IMG/VR virus record: IMGVR_UViG_3300000553_000004
Location: 1-64,000 of that record
Reading direction: 5' to 3' (one strand)
DNA: 64,000 nucleotides
Made by a program: the position numbers and the translations under genes. Below, in pieces: positions 8,901 to 18,340 of the stretch (the stretch's first letter is position 1; each line of letters starts with the position of its first letter). The notes below the pieces were generated by a model, which saw nothing but the letters and a program-made list of their open reading frames with translations, had not been told where the DNA came from and ran no database searches.

Positions 8901-11564
8901 ATGAATAGAGAAGATATGACAAAAAAGATGGATTTCAATACAATACTAACTCGATACGAAGATGTTAAAACCCAAACAACGGAAGAATATTTCAATGGAA
9001 ATCAATTTTCAATTGATGCATTTAATAAAAAATACACAGCCGAAGACGGTGAGACGTATGTCTTTGCATTAAAGCGGGTCTGTGATTATATTGCGTCGGT
9101 GGAAAAAACTGAAACATTACAAAAATATTGGAGTGAGAGGTGGTTTGATGAAATTTATAATGATTGGTGGCATCCTGCCGGTTCCATTATGCAAGGAGCA
9201 GGAACTCATAGAAAAATTTCATTGGCAAATTGTACAACTATTTCTATGGGAGCTCTTCGTGAAGGAGAAGAGTGGGATAATTTGGAATCAATCATAAAAA
9301 ACACGGCGTATACTGTGGCAAAGTGCGCCGCATATCGTCAGGGTTTAGGTGTAGATTTTAGTCGTCTTCGTCCTGCAGGAACAAAAGTTCTGAATAGCGC
9401 CAATCAATCTACCGGAACAGTTCATTGGATGAAACACATTGATGGCATTGGTTATTCTGTCGGTCAAAAAGGCCGTATTCCGGCAATGTTATTTTCTTTG
9501 AGTATTAATCATCCTGATGTCGAGGAATTTATCACCGTAAAGAGTGATTATACAAAGATTCAAAATGCTAATATCTCCGTCCAACTAACAGACAAATTTT
9601 ATAAAGCGGTAGACTCCGATTCTGACTGGGAATTATCATTCAAAGTTCCAGGAATTAAAAAAGGCGACAAGGTATTTATTGATGTTCATAGTATTGATGC
9701 TGATACTAAACGGGATAAAGATGGTAGATATTACAAGATTGCCACTCATGATAAGGTTGAAGAAATATTTTCAAAAACCGTAAGAGCTAGAAAATTGATG
9801 GAATTGATTGCAAAGAATATGCATCAAAACGCCGAGCCCGGAGTTCAAAATATTGATATCGCTAGAAAATATTCTAACTCGGATTATGTGTATGACCCTA
9901 AAGATGAATATGATTCTCGTATTTTATCTACCAACGCTTGTTCTGAACAATATCTAAGTCGTGAGTCTTTATGTGTATTGGGGTCATTGAATGTTGGTAA
10001 GTTTTCTACCTCACCTGAGATTTATATAAAACAATTGGAACGTGTCGGCGTATCCATGAATAGATTTTTGGATAACGTCAATGAATGTGAATTGGTATAT
10101 CAGACATATGCCACCCCACATCAAAAGTTAGCCATCTCCAAACTTCGTAGAACCGGAGCAGGAGTAACTAACATTGTTGGTTGGTTGTTTAAACAGAATC
10201 TTGCCTACGCAACTCCAGATGCTAATGATGCGTTCGAAGAATTTATCAGAATATTCAATTATTGGATGTATTATAACTCTGAACTAACTGGAAAGGAAAA
10301 GGGCAATTTCGGACTTTTCAATAAGGAAAAGTGGATGTCTTCTCCGTTTGTAAGTCGAGTGATTGAAGATTCTAAAGAATTGAATAAGAAATACGGCGTT
10401 CCTGTAATGACCGGTGACTATGCTAGAAATGTAACTAACAGTTCTATCGCACCGACAGGAACACTAACTTTGATGTTCCGTGATTTGGTTATGAGTTACG
10501 GTATCGAAGCTGCGTTCTTTATGTATTTTTGGAAGAGAACGAGAATGCACGGTAGTTATAAATATTATTTCAACGTTCCTAGAGTTGTCAGAGATGCGTT
10601 TGAGGCTGCTGGGTATCCGATTCCTATGAAATCTGACACTATTCGTGACGATTGGGATGGTAAACATGGTAATCCAATTGCAGAATTCATCGATAAACAC
10701 GTAGAAAAAGTCGGTATTAAATTTAAGGCATCAACCGAAATCGACCCGATTGAAAAGTTGGAATTCATGTCAAAGGTTATGAAATGGGTAGATTCGTCTA
10801 TTTCTACCACATATCTTCTCCCAATCGGTTCTGATTGGAAGTCGGTATATAAGTTCATCGTCGCCTCTCATGAAAAGGAAGTAAAATCAATCGCAGCATT
10901 TCCTGATAAGAAGATGTATGGAATTATTTCAAACATCGCCTTTAAGGAATTAGCATTTAAGTTGAAAGATGAAGGAATCGAATCCCACCATCAAAACTTC
11001 TCAGATGACGAATTGAAGGAATTGAATATATCACGACAGAAGATTGTCAAGTCCCCTACCAATGCCTCTCCTGAGAGATTGCCAGTGTTAGACGCTGACA
11101 TTCATGTAGTCAATGTAAAGGGTGAGAAGTTCTGTATTGCCGTTGGTATTCAGAACGGACAACCATATGAAATTTTTGGCGGACATCTAAATGGACTTGG
11201 TTTGAAATCCAATTTCAAGAAAGGTAAAATCTCCAAGATTAAAAATAAACAATATTCTTTGGAAATCGATGATATTACAATCGACGACTTTAGTAAACAA
11301 TTCACTCCGACAGAACAAATCATGTTCAGATTGGCGTCGACGAGTCTGAGACACGGAGTTCCTATTCAATTCATCGTTGAACAGTTACAGAAAGCTACGG
11401 AAGATATTACTTCAATGGGGTCTGCTGCTGCTAGAGTATTGAAGAAGTATATCCCTCAAGGCGAAACGGCAAAGGGCCAGGTATGTCCAAGTTGCGGTAA
11501 TGGATTGGTTTATCTCGAAGGTTGTGTATCATGTACTACGTGCGGTTGGTCTAAATGTTCATAA
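8901..11564 (+). CDS. nrdJ: class II (B12-dependent) ribonucleotide reductase with C-terminal TSCPD/Zn-ribbon
   Basis: PAGSIM, ANC, GVDFSRLRPAG, TNACSE, LGSLN, SIAPTGT; CPSC..EGC..CTTCGWSKC tail; no beta subunit nearby. Confidence 0.88.
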   Translation: MNREDMTKKMDFNTILTRYEDVKTQTTEEYFNGNQFSIDAFNKKYTAEDGETYVFALKRVCDYIASVEKTETLQKYWSERWFDEIYNDWWHPAGSIMQGAGTHRKISLANCTTISMGALREGEEWDNLESIIKNTAYTVAKCAAYRQGLGVDFSRLRPAGTKVLNSANQSTGTVHWMKHIDGIGYSVGQKGRIPAMLFSLSINHPDVEEFITVKSDYTKIQNANISVQLTDKFYKAVDSDSDWELSFKVPGIKKGDKVFIDVHSIDADTKRDKDGRYYKIATHDKVEEIFSKTVRARKLMELIAKNMHQNAEPGVQNIDIARKYSNSDYVYDPKDEYDSRILSTNACSEQYLSRESLCVLGSLNVGKFSTSPEIYIKQLERVGVSMNRFLDNVNECELVYQTYATPHQKLAISKLRRTGAGVTNIVGWLFKQNLAYATPDANDAFEEFIRIFNYWMYYNSELTGKEKGNFGLFNKEKWMSSPFVSRVIEDSKELNKKYGVPVMTGDYARNVTNSSIAPTGTLTLMFRDLVMSYGIEAAFFMYFWKRTRMHGSYKYYFNVPRVVRDAFEAAGYPIPMKSDTIRDDWDGKHGNPIAEFIDKHVEKVGIKFKASTEIDPIEKLEFMSKVMKWVDSSISTTYLLPIGSDWKSVYKFIVASHEKEVKSIAAFPDKKMYGIISNIAFKELAFKLKDEGIESHHQNFSDDELKELNISRQKIVKSPTNASPERLPVLDADIHVVNVKGEKFCIAVGIQNGQPYEIFGGHLNGLGLKSNFKKGKISKIKNKQYSLEIDDITIDDFSKQFTPTEQIMFRLASTSLRHGVPIQFIVEQLQKATEDITSMGSAAARVLKKYIPQGETAKGQVCPSCGNGLVYLEGCVSCTTCGWSKCS

Positions 11565-11621
11565 TTTATATTTAGAGTTATAGTTTTTATATATATTAAC
11601 GATAACTAAGTATAAAATATT

Positions 11622-12029
11622 ATGATAGACGGAGCCATATTAAGTGTTATTCCGCCATTAGTAGCGTCTGTATTAACCTACATCGTTTCTAATAAGAAAG
11701 CGCGCATACAACATGCGAAGGTATTAGCCGACGTTCAAAGTCAGGCTATTGAACAAGTTCAACTCGCCGAAGAGAAGATGCGAGCTGAAATTTGGATTGA
11801 ACTGGAAAAAGTTCGTGAAGAGAATGCCTCATTGCGAGCCGACATGAGATTGCAAGGTACGGAAATTTATAATCTCAAAAAACAACTGGATGCTGCCAGC
11901 CAACTAAGATTAACTTTGACTGACCAAGTTCATTCATTAGAAAATTTGGTGGGGACATACAAAGAACGTATAGTAGAATTGGAAAATAGTGTATGTGGTA
12001 ATAGTAGAAACTGTGTGCATAAATTATAA
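11622..12029 (+). CDS. N-terminal TM + coiled-coil protein (holin/spanin-like topology)
   Basis: Hydrophobic aa 5-22 then heptad repeats. Confidence 0.55.
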   Translation: MIDGAILSVIPPLVASVLTYIVSNKKARIQHAKVLADVQSQAIEQVQLAEEKMRAEIWIELEKVREENASLRADMRLQGTEIYNLKKQLDAASQLRLTLTDQVHSLENLVGTYKERIVELENSVCGNSRNCVHKL

Positions 12030-12042
12030 TGTTTTCGATGTT

Positions 12043-12375
12043 ATGAGTATGATGGATAATATTAACAGATTGATGGGTAATAAACCCAAGGCATTTTTAG
12101 TTGATGATACGTCCTCCGATTGCCGTAAAGGTGATGTGGATATTGTAAAATCCATGAATGTAGACATCGACCAATTTTCCGATTTTAATAAACTATTATT
12201 CAAACTTCGTACCAGTAAACTTAAAAAATATAAAATTGGTGTAATTCGTGAGAATGATACAAAATATCCATCACAGGTATTATTGAAATTCATAAAGTTA
12301 ATAGACCCAAGTATAAAAATCATCACTTATAAGACTGAGATGGAACTTGAAAGAAAAGTAAGACATTGTAGTTGA
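12043..12375 (+). CDS. hypothetical protein, degenerate receiver-like
   Basis: AFLVDD start motif; start codon uncertain (11989 or 12043). Confidence 0.5.
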   Translation: MSMMDNINRLMGNKPKAFLVDDTSSDCRKGDVDIVKSMNVDIDQFSDFNKLLFKLRTSKLKKYKIGVIRENDTKYPSQVLLKFIKLIDPSIKIITYKTEMELERKVRHCS

Positions 12376-12400
12376 CGTGATATAGGTTGTCGGATATACT
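12372..12400 (+). promoter_or_regulatory. sigma70-type promoter
   Basis: TTGACG-17nt-TATACT directly before Mom-like gene. Confidence 0.7.
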
Positions 12401-12402
12401 AG

Positions 12403-13185
12403 ATGTATATGTCAATTGAGAATTATTTTGATGTTACAAAGGTAATAATCAGAAAAATAAACAAAAAAATAGCCAAGAATATGATTGTAAAAAATCACTA
12501 TTCTCATAAATGGTCTTTATGCCAAGTGGCTTATGGTGTTTTCTATATTACCAACGAACAATCACCATTCTTCGATAATGTTGGTGAAAAATTGATAGGA
12601 TGTGTTATTTATGGTCAACCTGTGGGTAGGTCTGCGGCCGAATCCATATCAGAACTTATAAAAATCGATGAAGTCTTCGAATTGACTAGATTGTTCATTC
12701 ATGATGGTTATGGTAGAAATATTGAAAGTTATACAATCGGAGAATCTATGAAGATGGTAAAACGAGATTTTCCGAAAATTAGAGCTATAATTTCCTATGC
12801 TGATGGGGAACAAAATCACAAAGGGACGATTTACCAAGCGTCAAACTTCTATTATCAGGGAAATTCATCATTGGCTCTGATGCCTAATTTTTCAATCTCT
12901 TTAAAAGGACAACCATATGAATGGATGCATTCTAGGACGGTTTCTTCTACATATGGTTCTCACAATGTAGACCATATCAAAAAGTGTATAGGACATACGT
13001 TTTGGAGAAAGAAAGAGTCTACTAAACATAGATATGTCTATCTACTTGGGAGTAAAGTTGATAAGAAAAAGATTCTAAAGAATCTTAAACATGACTTTTT
13101 ACCATATCCTAAAGGAAATAATTATAAAGATGAGATTGAAGAAATTGTGGTAGATAACCCAATAGAAAATCCATTCTTTGGGTGA
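12403..13185 (+). CDS. mom: Mom-family (GNAT-fold) DNA adenine modification protein
   Basis: HYSH, FELTRL, RNIES, ISYAD.EQNHKGTIYQASNFYYQG motifs. Confidence 0.8.
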   Translation: MYMSIENYFDVTKVIIRKINKKIAKNMIVKNHYSHKWSLCQVAYGVFYITNEQSPFFDNVGEKLIGCVIYGQPVGRSAAESISELIKIDEVFELTRLFIHDGYGRNIESYTIGESMKMVKRDFPKIRAIISYADGEQNHKGTIYQASNFYYQGNSSLALMPNFSISLKGQPYEWMHSRTVSSTYGSHNVDHIKKCIGHTFWRKKESTKHRYVYLLGSKVDKKKILKNLKHDFLPYPKGNNYKDEIEEIVVDNPIENPFFG

Positions 13186-13221
13186 AGTCTTCATATTTAT
13201 AGTGATATAGACAAGACCGCT

Positions 13222-14052
13222 ATGAATGACATAAACAAATTTAGAAATATCGTCAGAGAATGTATCTCTGAAATTAAGAAGGAATCTAACCCAAAGGAAT
13301 CCCTAAAGGAATCTCTCCGTGGTATTGTACGAAGTGTCTTGAAGGAAGCGTCGACATCGACCAAGCCAGACCATACCAAGGAAGAAAAGGAAACTATTTC
13401 TAAGGGATACGAGAAGGATGGTAATCAACGATTGGATAAGACCAATGACAAACAACAGAAGGAACTTGAGACAATAGTTCATGGAATTGACCCTACTTGG
13501 GAAGCTTATTGGGACGACCATAATCAATTGATTGTACGAGCCCAGAATCTTTTATACGTTCGTATCTGTCCTCAATTTGAAGATAAATATAACGTCGATG
13601 CTATGGTAAAGTTGGTTGATAGAGTTAGAGCTATTGCGTTGTCATGGGAGCAGGTCAAAGCATTTATTAAAGCTAATTTCAGTGATTTGAAGAAAACTAC
13701 TAAGGCTGATGTATTGAAACAGACTTCTTTAGACCACTATAAAGATAGAGATGTAAACAAAAAAGAAGCCGGGCCTCGACATGATATTATAAAAAACAGA
13801 GGTGAGAAGAATAATGGTGAAGATGCTAAGATTAAAAACACCAAAAAATCTGATATGGACTATAACGAACCTCAGACCAAGAGGGACGAAGATATGCCAG
13901 ACCAACCTATGAAAAATGTGACTGACCAAGGTAAAGACCCCGAATTCAAGAACAGGGATATTAAAAAAACGGATAAAGTCAAGCCTCAGAAACATAAAGA
14001 TGATAAAAAACTCAAAGCATCTGATAAAAAGACTCCGAAGTTTAAACGTTAA
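13222..14052 (+). CDS. hypothetical, probable virion-internal protein
   Basis: IVRECISE / IVRSVLKE motifs, charged tail, ATATTTATA at 13193-13201. Confidence 0.6.
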   Translation: MNDINKFRNIVRECISEIKKESNPKESLKESLRGIVRSVLKEASTSTKPDHTKEEKETISKGYEKDGNQRLDKTNDKQQKELETIVHGIDPTWEAYWDDHNQLIVRAQNLLYVRICPQFEDKYNVDAMVKLVDRVRAIALSWEQVKAFIKANFSDLKKTTKADVLKQTSLDHYKDRDVNKKEAGPRHDIIKNRGEKNNGEDAKIKNTKKSDMDYNEPQTKRDEDMPDQPMKNVTDQGKDPEFKNRDIKKTDKVKPQKHKDDKKLKASDKKTPKFKR

Positions 14053-14071
14053 TCGTTTATCTTAAACACTC

Positions 14072-14106
14072 AATAAAACCGTGGTTAATCCCACGGTTTT
14101 TATTTT
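14072..14106. terminator. intrinsic terminator
   Basis: AAAACCGTGG / CCACGGTTTT stem with T-tract. Confidence 0.8.
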
Positions 14107-14110
14107 GCGC

Positions 14111-14227
14111 TTGACTTCTTATATGGATTTGGTATACTCTTGTAAATGGCGCAAAATTCCCGAATGGACAAAATTACCAAGTGTGTAAAAATAGACAGTT
14201 GACATTAAAAGAATTATTTGATATGAT
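14111..14227 (+). promoter_or_regulatory. tandem sigma70-type promoters
   Basis: TTGACT-16-TATACT (14111-14138) and TTGACA-17-TATGAT (14199-14227). Confidence 0.65.
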
Positions 14228-14332
14228 GGGTGTGAAGGTTATCGATAAACAAATTTAAAATGACCTGTGGATTTACGGTAAAATGTTCGATTGTAAATTC
14301 CAAATTTATAGGAACATAAAGGAAAAATAATT

Positions 14333-14740
14333 ATGAACGAAAGAAAAACACAACGAAAAAACAAGACAAAGCAGGTAATTGCGTGGCCCTCACACGATAC
14401 GTATTTTAGTATCGATACTCTAATTGAATCCAATTCCCACATGCTTACTACATCCGGCTCTGATATTACACTTCGAGTTCGATTGAATAAAGCCATCACG
14501 GAAGAAAATCTTGTGGCGGCGATTGGACAAAAGAGTTCCGGTAAAGGTAGACCTCAATTGGTATTCGCTATGAGGCCTGTCAAACAATCTGCCATCGACA
14601 AAGCCACCGCAGATGGAATATCAGTCTCTATGACTAAAATTATGCCTGTCATGGAAATAACATCACAAACGCCTACTCCTATCGTTACACAAGTAACAAA
14701 TATCACTTCCGATAAAACTCAAACAGTTAGTGTTCAATAA
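14333..14740 (+). CDS. hypothetical protein (possible winged-helix DNA binder)
   Basis: 135 aa; KGRPQLVF wing-like motif. Confidence 0.6.
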   Translation: MNERKTQRKNKTKQVIAWPSHDTYFSIDTLIESNSHMLTTSGSDITLRVRLNKAITEENLVAAIGQKSSGKGRPQLVFAMRPVKQSAIDKATADGISVSMTKIMPVMEITSQTPTPIVTQVTNITSDKTQTVSVQ

Positions 14741-14760
14741 CGTTCGATAATACCATACAT

Positions 14761-14958
14761 ATGATTAAAAAGAAAAAGTCAAAGAAACAAAAATCTAGGC
14801 CAATCGATTTACATATGTATGGTATTTTTGACAATAAAAAGAACACAGTCATAAAAATAAGTTTAGAACAGACTGATATTCAGATGGAGATAGCGTTGAT
14901 GGGCGGATTGAAGTCACATCTAGAAGAATGTGAATTCGATATAAAATTAAGTTACTGA
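14761..14958 (+). CDS. hypothetical protein
   Basis: 65 aa basic ORF. Confidence 0.55.
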   Translation: MIKKKKSKKQKSRPIDLHMYGIFDNKKNTVIKISLEQTDIQMEIALMGGLKSHLEECEFDIKLSY

Positions 14959-15468
14959 TGCATTACCCTCAAACATCATAAAAAATTTAAAGGAATTCTT
15001 TATAGTAAAATCTTCTTTGTAGTAGAAAATTGATACTTCTTTTGTTAGATGGTTCATCGTGGCTTGAATTTTTTGATTTGAACCATATACGATAGGCATA
15101 CTAAAATCCGTATCAAATAACACGGACAACACCGGCGTTAATTTAAAATAATGATAGAACTTCTCCGTTTTATTAACATAATGATATCTTAATGGTGGCT
15201 TTGAATGTTTTCCGTTTCCTTTAATGGCAATCGTCTTTTTAGGCCCCTTCTCAAAAAAGTTCTTAGAATTAATTTCATAATAAAATACCATAGAATTTTG
15301 TGGAAGTTTAACTGTTTTTATAATAGCTAAAGACCCTATTATTATAGGCATATCCATTTTCATGTCGAACAGCGCATACGAAGATGAAGTTAATTTAAAA
15401 CAGTGGAAATACGTCGGTGGTATAGTTTTTATAGTCGATTTGTCGTTGACTTTAGTTGTGATTGACAT
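14947..15468 (-). CDS. hypothetical protein with internal duplication
   Basis: Two copies of F(H)xFKLT...LFD...MPI..GS...FYY. Confidence 0.65.
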   Translation of the reverse strand: MSITTKVNDKSTIKTIPPTYFHCFKLTSSSYALFDMKMDMPIIIGSLAIIKTVKLPQNSMVFYYEINSKNFFEKGPKKTIAIKGNGKHSKPPLRYHYVNKTEKFYHYFKLTPVLSVLFDTDFSMPIVYGSNQKIQATMNHLTKEVSIFYYKEDFTIKNSFKFFMMFEGNASVT

Positions 15469-15473
15469 ATAAT
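15446..15473 (+). promoter_or_regulatory. sigma70-type promoter
   Basis: TTGACT-16nt-TATAAT, 8 nt before ATG. Confidence 0.6.
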
Positions 15474-15481
15474 ATAAGTAT

Positions 15482-16783
15482 ATGTCTGATTTTTTTAATC
15501 AACCACGAATTATAACAGAAAAAGATTTTATTTCTACGCTAAATTCCTATGCCAATAAGGCGTGTAGTCCGGCAGGAAAATATGCCCACAATGACGCATT
15601 CAAATCTGTCACAGGAGAGGATGTCTTTAAATTTGAAGAAAATAAAACTAAACTGATTAATGATTTGAATTTCCTGATTAGTTTAGATGTTGAGGAATTT
15701 ACTTTTCGTAAGAAGTGGGAAGAATTGAGAGACATAAATCCATACATTTCTAAAGTCGATGAACAAACCAAAGCCTTAATTTGGGAACCTACTGACATCA
15801 ACAATGAAGAATTGACTATTGAAGAAATCACGAATCTAAAGCCTGTAGTTGTTGTGGTAGATGATACTTTAGAACGTACTTGGACTACTTTGAGATATTA
15901 TTGTAGTAGCGCCGAATACAATCAGGCCCCTGGCCGATTCATTAAATTTCTAATAAGAGATGAAGTTACTACTAAAGTTTTAGGAGTATGTTCTATTGCC
16001 AGTGACGTTATTTCCATATCCGATAGAGATAAGTATATAGGTTGGACTCCTGAAAATAAACTCAAGGATAAGATGTTACGACATTCCGCTATTGGGACTA
16101 CCATCGTTCCGACTCAACCATTCGGTAGTAATTTTCTAGGTGGTAAACTCGTCGCCGCCATGGTCACGTCTGGCGTTGTCCGTAATGAGTGGGAATGTCC
16201 GTCTGGTGGAGATTCCAATCCAGGAAAGCTGGTTGGTATGACGACTACTAGTTTATACGGAAGACCATCGATGTATAATAGTTTAAAATGGTGGACAGAT
16301 GTGGGGGATTCAAAGGGAAAAATACCAATTAAGCCGTATGAAAAATCGTATGAAGCTTGGCATGGTTGGTTAAAACAACATAAAAAGAAAGAATATGAAG
16401 AGGCCATGACACAAAAAGAGGGTATATCAGGCCCAGTCACAGGCGCAAAGATGAGAGTCTTAAATATGATATTTAAGGCGTGTAACGTCAAACAATCTGA
16501 ATACTGTCATGGATATCAGAGAGGGGTATACTATTCTTGTTTTTATGAAAATACAAAAGAATTCCTATGTAATAAAATTACAATGGATAAATTGGTCATG
16601 AAGCCACTATTTAAAGATGACACCAAATCCATAGTGGACTGGTGGAAGCCAAGGGCTATAGAACGATATAAAAAATTAAAAGCGGCCGGACGGTTGAATC
16701 CTGAGAAGCTGTTTTATAATGATATGACTCATATGGAATATGAAGATGCTAAAAAACGTTTCTTTGATGCTGTAGGAAAATAA
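15482..16783 (+). CDS. DUF4338 / DruA-like protein (long form)
   Basis: RDKYIGW, PFGSNFLGGKLVA, TTTSLYGRPSMYN motifs recalled from DruA-like proteins. Confidence 0.7.
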   Translation: MSDFFNQPRIITEKDFISTLNSYANKACSPAGKYAHNDAFKSVTGEDVFKFEENKTKLINDLNFLISLDVEEFTFRKKWEELRDINPYISKVDEQTKALIWEPTDINNEELTIEEITNLKPVVVVVDDTLERTWTTLRYYCSSAEYNQAPGRFIKFLIRDEVTTKVLGVCSIASDVISISDRDKYIGWTPENKLKDKMLRHSAIGTTIVPTQPFGSNFLGGKLVAAMVTSGVVRNEWECPSGGDSNPGKLVGMTTTSLYGRPSMYNSLKWWTDVGDSKGKIPIKPYEKSYEAWHGWLKQHKKKEYEEAMTQKEGISGPVTGAKMRVLNMIFKACNVKQSEYCHGYQRGVYYSCFYENTKEFLCNKITMDKLVMKPLFKDDTKSIVDWWKPRAIERYKKLKAAGRLNPEKLFYNDMTHMEYEDAKKRFFDAVGK

Positions 16784-16789
16784 AAATGG

Positions 16790-17392
16790 TTAAATTAAAA
16801 TCCAACCATATGACGTTTTACTTTTACCTTGTATAAGATTGTTTATAGCTCCTCGACAATAACTAAATTTTTTACAAAAATCATATCGCCTTCCGTAAAA
16901 TATTTCTTCGGATTTAATGTTTTTGAATGTATAGTTAGTTTGGTCTAAATGTTTATTATCATCTATGTTAATTTTTTTGCCCTTCATTGGCGAACGACGT
17001 CCTTTAAGTTTTTTAGATATTTTAAGTTTTGTTTTTTTGGAATGTTTATATCCTAATGTTCCTCCGCCTGTAGCTGAGAAACTTAAATTATAACAAATAT
17101 TACGTCGATTATTTCTAATTTCATTTAAATATTTTTGTTCTTGTTCTACAAGTTTTTCAATTGGTAATTCTTCAATAATAAAAAATTCAAAATTCGACTC
17201 TCCATATTTATTCCAAGCATTTTGGAGATATTTATTTTCGTGATTATTATTTCTAAGACGATTAATGTGTTCTTTCCATCGTCCATACGTTCCTAAAATA
17301 TTATCCGACCTACCGATATAGTATTTTCCGTTAATTTTATTTATAATTTTATAAATTCCACTTATTTTTATATCTTGACAATAGTTATTCAT
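16790..17392 (-). mobile_element. GIY-YIG homing endonuclease (Seg-like, NUMOD tail)
   Basis: SGIYKIINKINGKYYIG, HENKYLQNAWNKYG, EQKYL; ATG at 17392 preferred to the longer ORF call. Confidence 0.88.
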
Positions 17393-17447
17393 AATGATAT
17401 AAATATCAAGTTGTAAGCAGAACATATAGAAAACATGAAATAATAAT

Positions 17448-17609
17448 ATGGGTCGCACATTTCGAAATAATGATAGGTGGAAGAAGGACAAACATGACCA
17501 GAACTTCCGTAACAGTAAGAAATTCAAAGAACTTAAAGATGGTTATATCCATCCAAAGGCAAACTTACCAAAAGTAGACGCAGAACCAATTGAATCCGAT
17601 GATAATTAA
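17448..17609 (+). CDS. small basic protein (53 aa)
   Basis: MGRTFRNNDRWKKDKHDQNFR...; follows TTGACA-17-TATAAA promoter; not in ORF track. Confidence 0.6.
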   Translation: MGRTFRNNDRWKKDKHDQNFRNSKKFKELKDGYIHPKANLPKVDAEPIESDDN

Positions 17610-17838
17610 TATAATTAGTATAGTCTTTTTTCTACTGTTCTCAGTGTGGACTATTTTGTCAGCGTTTTTGATTCGTGGTAACGCCGATAAAATAAAACAA
17701 TTAGACGCTGCCAATAAGAAACTTATAAACGATATAAATTCTTTACAGAGAAATCAGAATATGATAGTATCTTCGTTTAAGGAATTGAATCGTATTATAA
17801 GAAAACATGACAAAGGAACTAAAAAAATCGGTAGATAA
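17599..17838 (+). CDS. small membrane protein with coiled coil
   Basis: N-terminal TM helix. Confidence 0.6.
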   Translation: MIINIISIVFFLLFSVWTILSAFLIRGNADKIKQLDAANKKLINDINSLQRNQNMIVSSFKELNRIIRKHDKGTKKIGR

Positions 17839-18340
17839 ACCTAAGACTCGTAAGAAAAAAGAAGAAGGGACTATAAAGGGGATAGGACTGTTTGACCACA
17901 TCAAACATATACGAACTATTCAAGACCCCGATTATTTTAAAGGTCTTACCGACTTAGATAAGAAGTCTTTTAATCATTTCATGATTTTAAAGTCTTTGAG
18001 TATGAATCCTGAAATTTTGGAAGAAGTTTCTACGTTATTCAAGTATTTTGATAAAATCCCCTCCCCACAATTTTACCAACTAATGATTGGTGGTATAATT
18101 CCACCAGACAATTCTAGAAAATTTTATCCTTGGGTAAAGTCTAAGAAAAAACCATATAACGAAAAGTTAATCGAATTGATTTGTACTTATTTTGAAATCT
18201 CAAGTAGTGAGGCAGTTGAATACGTTTCAATATTATCATTAACTGAGTCAGGTAAAAAAGAATTAGAAGAACTTTGTAGAAATTATGGATTGACTGACAA
18301 AGAAGTCGAATCCGCTTTGAAAGGAAACGATAATGAATAA
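17807..18340 (+). CDS. clamp loader small subunit (T4 gp62-like)
   Basis: FNHFMILKSLSM, KFYPWVKSK, YFEISSSEAVEY pattern. Confidence 0.7.
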   Translation: MTKELKKSVDKPKTRKKKEEGTIKGIGLFDHIKHIRTIQDPDYFKGLTDLDKKSFNHFMILKSLSMNPEILEEVSTLFKYFDKIPSPQFYQLMIGGIIPPDNSRKFYPWVKSKKKPYNEKLIELICTYFEISSSEAVEYVSILSLTESGKKELEELCRNYGLTDKEVESALKGNDNE

